A stretch of DNA of 64,000 nucleotides from a virus (lineage: Duplodnaviria; Caudoviricetes): positions 32,001-96,000 of IMG/VR virus record IMGVR_UViG_3300027757_000725. One strand, 5' to 3'. The translations under genes and the position numbers were made by a program. Below are positions 55,384 to 64,000 of the stretch, one piece after another. A model generated the notes under the pieces. That model was not told where the DNA came from, did no database searches, and was given only the letters and a program-made list of their open reading frames with translations. Within the stretch, counting starts at the first letter, position 1; every line of letters begins with the position of its first letter.

Positions 55384-57428
55384 TGGACATAATCAATCCA
55401 TATATTCACGGAGGCGAGTCTGTAGCATTTGACGGCTTTGGTAATAGAAGCCGTAGCTTGGATGGTTCTAGCGATTATATTTCTATCCCAGATATTAATG
55501 AAAGCACTACTAATTTAAGTGTAGCTCTTTGGTTAAAAACTACGGATTTAAATTGGACAACATCTCATCTCGCTCATTGGAAAAATGCAGGTAACAATAG
55601 GGCTTGGAATATAGGTCCTTCTAAAACATCAGACACAAATGGCAAAAAACTGATGATTTATTTGTCGGCTGATGGTGACGGATTAAACCCAATTAAAAGA
55701 TATTACGGCACTACTGATGTTAGTGATGGGACATGGCATCATGTAGCGTTTACTTGGGATAACGGAACTCTTAAATTATTTGTTGATGGTTCAGAGGAAA
55801 CAACCATAAAGGAAGTAGATCATTCTATGACAACAATCCTCAACAGTGATGGACTTATAACAGTTGGATGCACATTTGCAAATGGTGTCCCTGCAAACTT
55901 TGGAAGTGGTGGTAGAGCAGATATAAGAATCTATAACTCCACATTAACCGCTACTGATATCTCAGATATCTACAACGGCACAAACATTACAACAAATCTT
56001 GTAGGACACTGGCTAACAGATGCGGATAACTTGCTAGATGCTGCGGGAACAAATCACGGCACTAACTACGGCACAAAATATTCTTATGATAACCCATCAC
56101 CACCTGTAGAGTTTGGAAGGGCTTCTAGAAGCTTTGATGGTGTTGATGATACTATAAATTTAGGACAGACAGCAGATAATGCCATATTCAGCGTATCCTC
56201 ATGGTTCAAATTAAATACAGTTAATTCAAATGGTTCTGGTATTATTGGTAAGTGGCATAATAATACAAGTGCTTCATGGCTTTTATATGTAAGATCTGCC
56301 TCGTCATCAGGTAATATGACTTTTATTGTGAGAAATGGAGCAGATAATGGGCATTCCATACTTGACAGCGGCGTTTCTGCATCTTCACTTATAGGTGAAT
56401 GGACTTACATCGTCGGAGTTGCGGACGGTAATAATTTAACCATGTATATCAATGGCGTAAGTGTAGCATCTAGATCATATGACGGAACTATAAATAACCC
56501 TGCATCAGATGCTCACATTGGATCTTATAATGCCGATATAAATAATAACCATCGCACGAACGGCAAGATTGCAGATGTTAGAATCTACGATGCAGAACTA
56601 ACAGCATCCCAAATCTCTGACCTATACGCTGGCACAGATGTTCAAACCAACCTTATTGGACATTGGCTAACAGATAACGATGACGTAGAAGATAAAGCTG
56701 GAACTAATGATGGAACTAACTTTGGCTCTGTTTACTCATATGATAACCCTCCTATGGATTTGATTCCATTTGGTCAGAGATCCAGAACTTTTACTGGTGA
56801 TTACATTAACACAAACACAGGATTTCAAAGTGTTTTTCAATCATCTTTCAGTATATCCACTTGGGTTAGATTTGATGAGGGTAATCCATCAGCAGCACAG
56901 GCTATTTTTGGTAATCAAAGTGCTACCCCAGTTAGCAGAGTTTTAATCTTTCTAGATACTTCTGGTGGCTTAACCTTTAGTTACTTCGCTAACGGAATCC
57001 AAGCAAGAGCAGAAATAGATCAGAATTTTGCTAACGGAGACACAGGATGGTTTCATTATACAGCGGTAGTTGAGCCTACAGGAATTACAATTTACAAAGA
57101 TGGATTTGTTCAGACTTTAGATGCTACTGATGACGGGGATATGTCGGCTGTAACTATGGGTGATTATGGCACTGACATAGATTGTTATATTGGAGCAAGA
57201 AACTTTAATGGAAGCACCGATCTAAAAATGAATGGTAACATTGCAGACTTTAGAATTTACGATAGCGCACTAAGCGCAAGCGATGTTACAAAGATCTATA
57301 ATAGAACAGATGATAAATCTAACATTCACGCTTGGTATTTAACTAACAGCGATGACGTTCTAGATCATGCGGGAACTAACGATGGAACTAACAATGGTTC
57401 TACTTACTCAAGTGATAGCCCTTCTTAA
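55383..57428 (+). CDS. Triple LamG/concanavalin-like lectin-domain protein
   Basis: Three tandem units, each FG..SR...ADxRIY...L....I..IY...HWLT. Confidence 0.88.
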   Translation: MDIINPYIHGGESVAFDGFGNRSRSLDGSSDYISIPDINESTTNLSVALWLKTTDLNWTTSHLAHWKNAGNNRAWNIGPSKTSDTNGKKLMIYLSADGDGLNPIKRYYGTTDVSDGTWHHVAFTWDNGTLKLFVDGSEETTIKEVDHSMTTILNSDGLITVGCTFANGVPANFGSGGRADIRIYNSTLTATDISDIYNGTNITTNLVGHWLTDADNLLDAAGTNHGTNYGTKYSYDNPSPPVEFGRASRSFDGVDDTINLGQTADNAIFSVSSWFKLNTVNSNGSGIIGKWHNNTSASWLLYVRSASSSGNMTFIVRNGADNGHSILDSGVSASSLIGEWTYIVGVADGNNLTMYINGVSVASRSYDGTINNPASDAHIGSYNADINNNHRTNGKIADVRIYDAELTASQISDLYAGTDVQTNLIGHWLTDNDDVEDKAGTNDGTNFGSVYSYDNPPMDLIPFGQRSRTFTGDYINTNTGFQSVFQSSFSISTWVRFDEGNPSAAQAIFGNQSATPVSRVLIFLDTSGGLTFSYFANGIQARAEIDQNFANGDTGWFHYTAVVEPTGITIYKDGFVQTLDATDDGDMSAVTMGDYGTDIDCYIGARNFNGSTDLKMNGNIADFRIYDSALSASDVTKIYNRTDDKSNIHAWYLTNSDDVLDHAGTNDGTNNGSTYSSDSPS

Positions 57429-57433
57429 AAGAA

Positions 57434-58003
57434 TCACCAATTTTGATTCTCACCTCTTGTGTCTATATGTATGAATGAACTATAGAGACCTACGCCGCCT
57501 TTAAATATTTTTTTGTTATCTCTGTAATTTTTTACTACCTTGGATGCTTTCCAAGAGGACAGGTTGTTGAACCTTAGGTCTATTGCTTGGTTTTGCATAT
57601 GAAAAGAGCCTCTATTACCACGAACAGCTCTGTTATACTTGGGTGATCTGTATGCAGATAGAATTTCTTTGACGCTTATGCCTGTTTCTTTACAGATTTT
57701 GTCTATAGCTTTGAGCGTGGGTGCTATATTTTTCCACATTTTCTTAGGTGGTAATTCGTTCACAACTCCTCTTCTAGATTTAAAATGAGGGGCTAGAACC
57801 ATTCTTGGGGTAATGTTTCTTAAATTTAATCCCTGAATAAACAAAGCATAATCTAAAACCTCATCACCTTTGAGTTTTATCCAAGATTGAGGAATAGATT
57901 TCACCTCTTGTTTTGTTTTGAATATAAAATTTGCATTTGCGATGTTTTCTGAAAGGTGAATAAATGATCCTACAATTGAACCAATGAAATGTCTTTTAGT
58001 CAT
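57434..58003 (-). CDS. Peptidase M15A (YcbK-like) zinc cell-wall peptidase with Tat-like N-terminus; candidate endolysin
   Basis: SAYRS..YN; SFHMQNQAIDL; GGVGLY; FIHIDTRG; N-terminal TKRHFIG. Confidence 0.82.
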   Translation of the reverse strand: MTKRHFIGSIVGSFIHLSENIANANFIFKTKQEVKSIPQSWIKLKGDEVLDYALFIQGLNLRNITPRMVLAPHFKSRRGVVNELPPKKMWKNIAPTLKAIDKICKETGISVKEILSAYRSPKYNRAVRGNRGSFHMQNQAIDLRFNNLSSWKASKVVKNYRDNKKIFKGGVGLYSSFIHIDTRGENQNW

Positions 58004-58033
58004 TTTTTTATTATAGGGTATTGTTATTGTATA

Positions 58034-58072
58034 TTACACTTTATTCCATCACAAAATCAGAAACCAGTGTAA
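58034..58072. promoter_or_regulatory. Back-to-back GTGTAA motifs serving divergent genes 58003(-) and 58097(+)
   Basis: ttacac 58034-58039 and gtgtaa 58067-58072. Confidence 0.65.
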
Positions 58073-58096
58073 TCTTTAAAAACAATACATATTAAT

Positions 58097-58525
58097 ATGG
58101 CACAGACTAATTTTTCTCCTACACCAAATGTTTCTACTCATGCAGATGCTACAGCCGTTATTAATGATAACGCGAACGACGCTGAATCAAGATTAGTTTC
58201 AATAGAAGCCAAATTCACACAGCAAACAATTACTTCTTCCTCTGGGATTCTTGGGTTAAATACTGATGATGGTAATCACGCAATAGTTACTTTAACCGAA
58301 AACATATCTGATTTCGCTATTTCAAACGCTTCAGCTGGAGATAACGGCTTGATTGTTGTTAGGCAAGATGGAACAGGAGGTTGGACTTTTGCAACATCTC
58401 ATGAAGTAGCTGGAGGCTTTATTTCTGATATAAGTACTGTAACAATTAATAGCGTTGGCTACATAACTATTAGTTGGTATTTTGATGGATCTAATTACTA
58501 CTTGTTTATATCAGAACCAAAATAA
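58097..58525 (+). CDS. Short fibre/adaptor protein, N-terminal paralogue of 43060
   Basis: NF.PT...STH.DA....N.NA.DAESRL; C-terminal VTLTENI...VRQDGTGG...YFDG domain. Confidence 0.65.
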   Translation: MAQTNFSPTPNVSTHADATAVINDNANDAESRLVSIEAKFTQQTITSSSGILGLNTDDGNHAIVTLTENISDFAISNASAGDNGLIVVRQDGTGGWTFATSHEVAGGFISDISTVTINSVGYITISWYFDGSNYYLFISEPK

Positions 58526-58531
58526 AAAAAA

Positions 58532-60286
58532 ATGATAATACAATCATTTAGAAGCGATAATGATTTAACTTTATTATATTCATCGCAAACTCAACTATAC
58601 CCTTTTCTAACAGGTTCTGGATTTGATACAGTATCTTATCAAAAAGATTCTATAGATGGTGATATACCATCAAGCGGATACAACAACACTGGAATTAATT
58701 CTGTTAGAGTTGGGGCATCTTGTGGTTTTATAGGAGATGAGGCTTTTGAATCTTGTAGTATTTCAGAATTGAACTTCCAAGAAGGTGTCACAGGGATTGG
58801 TGCTTTTTCCTTTGCAGATAACAGAATAAGTTATTTAAAAATGCCAGAATCATTAGTCGAAATTGATTCTGGTTGTTTTTCAAATGCTCTTTCTCAAGCT
58901 TCTGTCGAATTTAACTCAACTTTAACTTCTATTCCAGAACGTGCTTTTTTCAATTGTTCTTTTTCAACATTGTTGGATATACCTTCTAATATAACTAGTC
59001 TATCTGAAGAAAGTTTTGGCTATTGTTTTTTTGGGAGTGGTTTTAATATTCCTTCTAGTATAGATAAACTACCTCTGCGTTGCTTTATAGAATGCAATAT
59101 AACCGACAATGATTTAAATATAGACACTCAAATAATAGGGTCTGGAGCTTTTTTAGGTTTTGTTTCAGATGGAGCAGATATAACAGTTTCAACTGGGGTG
59201 ACTTCTATTGAAGATTTTGCATTTTCTAACGTCTATATAGAAAATGGGCAGCTAAACTTCAATCCAAGTAATAACTATATACCAAAAGACTGTTTTAACA
59301 GTTCTTACATAGACAAGCTTGTTATAGGTGATAATATAACAAACATAAAACCTTCTGCTTTTTATAAATTCAATCCATCTGCAGAATTTCTTTCTGGTAA
59401 TGAAAGAACCGAATATATAACAGACGAATCTAAAATTGTTTTAGGTAATTCTATCACAGGAATTGAAAGCGGAGCTTTTGAAGATTGTTTTGCTGGTCAA
59501 CTTTATATTTACAACATTCCAGCTTCTGGATTCCACGATAATTGTTTTGATCCTGAAATTATGCCCAACTGCTTTACTGCAAGCTCTATTTCAATACCTT
59601 CACTTCAATACTCTACTGGTATAATACCAACTGGAGAAAGGTTAGGTTGCTATAAATATGAAACAAATTATACAGGAACTTCTGATTTTTCAAACTTAGA
59701 CGCTTACTCTATAAGTATTGATTGGTGGGATGGTTGTAAAATCACACAATACTGTGTTGAAAATAATTTAGATTCACCATTTTCTGGAAATGTAATTCTG
59801 CAAGAGGATTGTCAATATTGGCCTAACTCTGGGAATCATCCTTGGACAGGTTATGCTTGGACTGGACTAATTAATGAAACAGATAATGATTACGCACTAG
59901 GTGGCTGGGTTCTTAATGCTTCTGGTGATAGTTTATCAGAATCCCACCCTTGGATTTTACCGAAGACAACTAAAGAAAAAGATATATTTAATGAGTATAG
60001 TGAAACATTAAAACCTAAATTTTATGATAGAATTAATGGAGAAATTTTTTGGGTTGGCGATGTATCAGGAAACTACATAAACTTAGATAGTGGAGCCTCC
60101 AATCTAAACATAGAAGTAATGCAATCTGGAGAAACTCTCGCAGAAACAGATTGGTTTTCGCCTTATGGAATAATTTTTGCTCATCCCGATATTGTAAATC
60201 AATATGATGACGATTGGGTTAGTAGGGTTAAATATGCAGGTAGAGTCTTAGAGTGGGAAACAGGAACTTATCCAGAAACTTACTAA
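58532..60286 (+). CDS. BspA-type LRR protein
   Basis: Multiple VTxIGxxAF/IPxxxTxI repeats. Confidence 0.8.
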   Translation: MIIQSFRSDNDLTLLYSSQTQLYPFLTGSGFDTVSYQKDSIDGDIPSSGYNNTGINSVRVGASCGFIGDEAFESCSISELNFQEGVTGIGAFSFADNRISYLKMPESLVEIDSGCFSNALSQASVEFNSTLTSIPERAFFNCSFSTLLDIPSNITSLSEESFGYCFFGSGFNIPSSIDKLPLRCFIECNITDNDLNIDTQIIGSGAFLGFVSDGADITVSTGVTSIEDFAFSNVYIENGQLNFNPSNNYIPKDCFNSSYIDKLVIGDNITNIKPSAFYKFNPSAEFLSGNERTEYITDESKIVLGNSITGIESGAFEDCFAGQLYIYNIPASGFHDNCFDPEIMPNCFTASSISIPSLQYSTGIIPTGERLGCYKYETNYTGTSDFSNLDAYSISIDWWDGCKITQYCVENNLDSPFSGNVILQEDCQYWPNSGNHPWTGYAWTGLINETDNDYALGGWVLNASGDSLSESHPWILPKTTKEKDIFNEYSETLKPKFYDRINGEIFWVGDVSGNYINLDSGASNLNIEVMQSGETLAETDWFSPYGIIFAHPDIVNQYDDDWVSRVKYAGRVLEWETGTYPETY

Positions 60287-60289
60287 AAA

Positions 60290-63200
60290 ATGATAAACAA
60301 CAGTTACAGAAGAGGCTATAGTTATGGTCCATTAGGGTTGCATTATAATGAAAATGTATATCCAAATACAATTAAAACAAATCTTGTAGAATCAGAAGGA
60401 GACGACCCACTATCTATTCCAGATAATTGGCATAGTTTACTAAACCCACCATATGACCCTAATTATATTGAAAATGGAAGCGGGTTTATTGGTTATAATT
60501 ATTTAAACACTGCTAGAGTTTACGGAGAAAGGTGCTTCCTAAATGTTCCTAACTTTCTTGTTAGAGATCGTGTTGATTTTAATTTGCTTAATGCTGTTAC
60601 AGTTGAAGATTATGCATTTGCTGGTTTTGCTACTTCAAATAATAGATTATTAAATTTCAGTGATAAAATAGAATACATTGGAGATTATGCTTTTGCGCAA
60701 GCTGGTTTTAGTTTTGCTAATGAATTTGTTTTGGAAAATATTCCAGAATTAACTTATATAGGCAAGAACGCATTTATGCGTATTGAACCCGCTTCCATTA
60801 TATATGATAGTGGTAATTCTAAATTTGATTATCTTCCATTAAATTTAGTTTTAGACAACCCAGACTTGACAATTGAAGAGTCACCTTTCGATCAAGCTTT
60901 TGGATTTAGACAGGCTTCTTCTTACCCTTTTTTGTTAGAACAAGATGGCTCTTACAGCATGAGATTGCCTGAGTCAAAAAAGGATGAGCTTAAAGCTATT
61001 AAATTAGGTTCTTTTGAATATATGGCAGGTGGTCTATTTAAGAATTTAGAATACAAAGGATCAACCTTTAGATTTTTAGAAAGCTATCCTAAAAATACCA
61101 TATTTAAAAGTATGTTTGAATCGTACGAAGGTCTTGCAACAGTAACTGTTGAAAACTCTGGTATACAAACAATTGAAGATTATGCTTTTAAAAATTTCGG
61201 CAGTTATAAATACAATAGATTTGACAAATATTTTGGTGTTCAAGAAATTGCAATTACAAATCCACAAAACCCCACATTCACAAGTGGCGCTCACCATTAC
61301 AAAGATCTTATAAGAAATCTATCATCTCAAAATCAAATAGATGATATACCTTATCACAAAGAAACTAATATTTCCAGAATTGATTTTCATCCAGAAACAA
61401 TATTGACAGAAATAAGTCCCAGAGCATTTGAAAATTCTGATTTTTTATATTTGAATGTAGGTAAGACTCCACCAACATCATTTCCTAGAGGATCTTTTGG
61501 ACCAAAAACAGCATCAAATATGAGGTGTGCTTTTCCTTGGATCTCTCTTTCTGCTAGAACTGCTCCAAAGATAGAGGTTGGAGTTGATTGGTCAGATTCT
61601 CATAAAAGAAAACTAGAACAAGAAGATAGAAATAATGGTCTTTATCATTATGTAACTAATGAGTTAGACCAATTTACAATGGATCTTGCAGACCAAATTA
61701 ACGAAAATACTGATGGTCAGATTTTCTCAGAAGATTCTGGTAACGTTTCCTTTGAATATTGTAACATAGAGGAATTAGAATTCACGCCATTTTACGATAA
61801 TAGTCCAGTGCCTGATGGTCTTGCAGGTTATGTTACTTTTGATTTTGCAGGTACAGAATATGAACAAGAGTCTGGAACTAATACTGCTGTATATAGTTTT
61901 GATATGCCTTCTGCCTTCGATACAAGAGATATTTGCAGTAATGGTATATTGTCTTATTCCACAGGTTCGGGTTGGGGGGTAGAAGGTACAGAATCCGAAG
62001 GAGGTTGGGATGTATCAATTTCTCTTGACCAATCTGGCAATGAAACTTCTTCTGTCGGTTATTATTACGATAATGCTGGAAGTGCAATAGATGGTGATGT
62101 TACAATTAATCTAACACGTTTTTCATCAAAAACACAGCCTCCGAGTTTTACTGGTATCGCAAGAACAACAGCAACTCTTGCGCTAGAAAGTTTTGAGAAA
62201 CAATCTTTTCCATTAGAAGAGTTTACCTATTATGATGAAGTATTCAATGGTTTTGACCCAGAAGGTAATCCAACTTTTCTTACTGGCGATGTTTTCGTAG
62301 AAGGACCATCGTTCGAACTACCAGAAGGTTTTGAAGAAGTAGAATTTCAATATGACACAAAGCTTTGGCGCTGGAAATTAAATGTTGAATGCGATGTTGA
62401 TTTTGATGAAGTTTTTAACAGCCAAGGTGGTGCGGGAACTGGTTACTTTAGCGGTTTAAGCACTAGTTGCTGGACAGATCAAATAAATCCATTAAAAGCT
62501 TGTTATGTATCAGATTTCTTGGACTCAAAATATTATTCACCCCCTCAAAATGCAAGAAACTTACCAGAAAAATTATGGTTCCAAGAAGGTATTCAAGAAT
62601 TACTGTCTCCATTTTCTAATACGAATAGCAAAGACCCAAAATTTGATTGGTTCGCCAATATGCATAATGAGAGCGGTTATGTTTATGACTATACGGTAGG
62701 TGATAGTAGTCGAGTTTATTATGACGTAATTATAGGTCCAAATGATTTTGGACCAGCCGAAAACTATGAGTTGGAAACTGCCACTGACTTAGCAACAGAA
62801 AATAAATATAGGCAAAGTGTACCTTGTGGTGGAGATCGTGGTCACGCTTGGTTATGGGAAGTTGATCTAAGAGATAAATTTTCATATTTATTTAATGATG
62901 AAAAATCTAGAAATAGAAGATTCCGTTATGGTCATGTTAATCAACTTTTTCAACAATCAATCTTTGGCGAAATAGCAAATTCTAAATTAATTACAGGAAG
63001 AGAATTTGACCAAAACTTCTCGCCGATTTCATTAGCAGATCAGCAAAAAACGAGTCAAATATTCAGAGAGACGCTACCAATGCTAGGAAGTTCTACAAAA
63101 GCTCCAGAAATGGGCATGGAATACTCGCAATACTTTGCTAAACATAATAGATTGTTTGAAAGAGATTATAATATTAATCAAGATAAGCTTTCTGAAAATC

Positions 63201-64000
63201 TTGTTGAAGTTATAGAAGCTCAAAATCATAATATTGAAGAATGCAATAGTGGACATTTAGTAAAGAACTCTGTTACTTGCGAATATCTTCACTATAACGA
63301 AATGACTGATTTCTTTTTAAATCGTTTTAATTATTCAGAACTAGATAGCTTGCAATTTGTTCCAGAAAGTGGTGAATTAGGAGTTAACAACCAACTACTT
63401 CAAAACAGAGTTTACAATAACGATTATCTTATAGAAAGATTAAGATTAAAACTTGACGAACCCCATTTTAACGACCTAATAGAAACAGATGGGAAAAATT
63501 CTTATGGATCAAGTTGCTTAGGAAGAGCTGGATCAAAACAAGTTCCTTATACGATTGGTGGAGCATGGGTTCTAAGATTTCATCATACTCATCCAGATAA
63601 TTATGAAGTTGATGATTCTGGGGAATTTACCACAGGAGCTACGCCAGATCTTCACGCACACCAAGAGTTAGACGGTATATATATTAAATGGGATTATGTA
63701 AGAGATGGTTTTGGTCCTGCGGAATACATTATAGATGTAGAAAATGATGAAGCTATAGATATATTACAGGGTAGATTAGATGTTAGTGGTACTTTTAGCA
63801 ATCTCGCTCGATTCGAGAATTCTTCAATTGGAGATTACACTTACCAAGATCGCACGGGATTCCGTAGTGAGAGTGGTTTTAATCCTCTGTATGAAAGTAA
63901 GGGGGTTTTTGGCACAGGTGAAGATTTCTTATCTTTTGAAAGACCATTGATTTATCAATCACAAGACCTTACAGGGGTAGTTGGAGAAACTACAGGGGTA
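60290..64000 (+). CDS. Partial very large (>1200 aa) protein with N-terminal BspA-type LRRs, runs off window end
   Basis: Not in ORF track (no stop); ATG 60290 MINNSYRRG...VTVEDYAF...IEYIGDYAF...; same frame reads ...QDLTGVVGETTGV at window end; middle not fully hand-translated. Confidence 0.75.
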   Translation, partial: MINNSYRRGYSYGPLGLHYNENVYPNTIKTNLVESEGDDPLSIPDNWHSLLNPPYDPNYIENGSGFIGYNYLNTARVYGERCFLNVPNFLVRDRVDFNLLNAVTVEDYAFAGFATSNNRLLNFSDKIEYIGDYAFAQAGFSFANEFVLENIPELTYIGKNAFMRIEPASIIYDSGNSKFDYLPLNLVLDNPDLTIEESPFDQAFGFRQASSYPFLLEQDGSYSMRLPESKKDELKAIKLGSFEYMAGGLFKNLEYKGSTFRFLESYPKNTIFKSMFESYEGLATVTVENSGIQTIEDYAFKNFGSYKYNRFDKYFGVQEIAITNPQNPTFTSGAHHYKDLIRNLSSQNQIDDIPYHKETNISRIDFHPETILTEISPRAFENSDFLYLNVGKTPPTSFPRGSFGPKTASNMRCAFPWISLSARTAPKIEVGVDWSDSHKRKLEQEDRNNGLYHYVTNELDQFTMDLADQINENTDGQIFSEDSGNVSFEYCNIEELEFTPFYDNSPVPDGLAGYVTFDFAGTEYEQESGTNTAVYSFDMPSAFDTRDICSNGILSYSTGSGWGVEGTESEGGWDVSISLDQSGNETSSVGYYYDNAGSAIDGDVTINLTRFSSKTQPPSFTGIARTTATLALESFEKQSFPLEEFTYYDEVFNGFDPEGNPTFLTGDVFVEGPSFELPEGFEEVEFQYDTKLWRWKLNVECDVDFDEVFNSQGGAGTGYFSGLSTSCWTDQINPLKACYVSDFLDSKYYSPPQNARNLPEKLWFQEGIQELLSPFSNTNSKDPKFDWFANMHNESGYVYDYTVGDSSRVYYDVIIGPNDFGPAENYELETATDLATENKYRQSVPCGGDRGHAWLWEVDLRDKFSYLFNDEKSRNRRFRYGHVNQLFQQSIFGEIANSKLITGREFDQNFSPISLADQQKTSQIFRETLPMLGSSTKAPEMGMEYSQYFAKHNRLFERDYNINQDKLSENLVEVIEAQNHNIEECNSGHLVKNSVTCEYLHYNEMTDFFLNRFNYSELDSLQFVPESGELGVNNQLLQNRVYNNDYLIERLRLKLDEPHFNDLIETDGKNSYGSSCLGRAGSKQVPYTIGGAWVLRFHHTHPDNYEVDDSGEFTTGATPDLHAHQELDGIYIKWDYVRDGFGPAEYIIDVENDEAIDILQGRLDVSGTFSNLARFENSSIGDYTYQDRTGFRSESGFNPLYESKGVFGTGEDFLSFERPLIYQSQDLTGVVGETTGV

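Noticed and set aside
907-62699. Short ORF-track entries antisense or out-of-frame within long genes (e.g. 907-1101, 16075-16275, 43958-44425, 61076-61297, 62505-62699)
   Set aside because: Shadow ORFs fully overlapping well-supported genes, with no recognisable motifs.
1-64000. Stop-codon reassignment as in some large phages
   Set aside because: Long intact ORFs tile the window in the standard code; TAA, TGA and TAG all end genes.
1-64000. Cellular or giant-virus (NCLDV) origin
   Set aside because: Tail-fibre-type genes, bacterial-type sigma factor and promoters, DnaE/DnaB/DnaG replisome and absence of housekeeping operons fit a large bacteriophage better.

Overview
AT-rich (roughly one-third GC), densely coding 64-kb segment of a large tailed dsDNA phage, standard genetic code, with no tRNA, rRNA, CRISPR array, intein or integrase seen. 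Host is uncertain: absent Shine-Dalgarno sites, leaderless starts and a Tat-type M15A peptidase point tentatively to an aquatic Verrucomicrobiota (or Bacteroidota-like) host. Four gene classes are interleaved. (1) Replication, recombination and nucleotide supply: class Id-like NrdB/NrdA, RecA, DnaB, primase, PD-(D/E)xK nuclease, a Pol III alpha split into a separate PHP gene and a DnaE core with DnaQ between them, a Whirly-like SSB and a Rad52-like protein. (2) A phage sigma factor, Hsp20 and a ClpA-like ATPase. (3) About 20 glycan enzymes: glycosyltransferases, a CMP-ulosonic-acid cassette, Gmd, fucosyl-, sulfo- and methyltransferases, exostosin. (4) A family of modular fibre/adhesin genes (BspA-type LRR, LamG, HxH repeats) sharing terminal motifs. 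Most notable: a two-class promoter code (consensus TTGACA-17-TATAAT, often leaderless, versus a GTGTA(A/T) motif before 12 mostly structural genes); an ORF-less promoter-driven palindromic element at ~14.0 kb (small RNA or origin); two paralogous Trp-periodic micro-proteins, one missing from the ORF track, that may be fibre-branching scaffolds; and strong [S/T]G enrichment plus Ser and Ser-Gly tracts in virion-type proteins, suggesting a phage-encoded virion glycosylation system. All family assignments are from motif recognition by eye; no database search was run.
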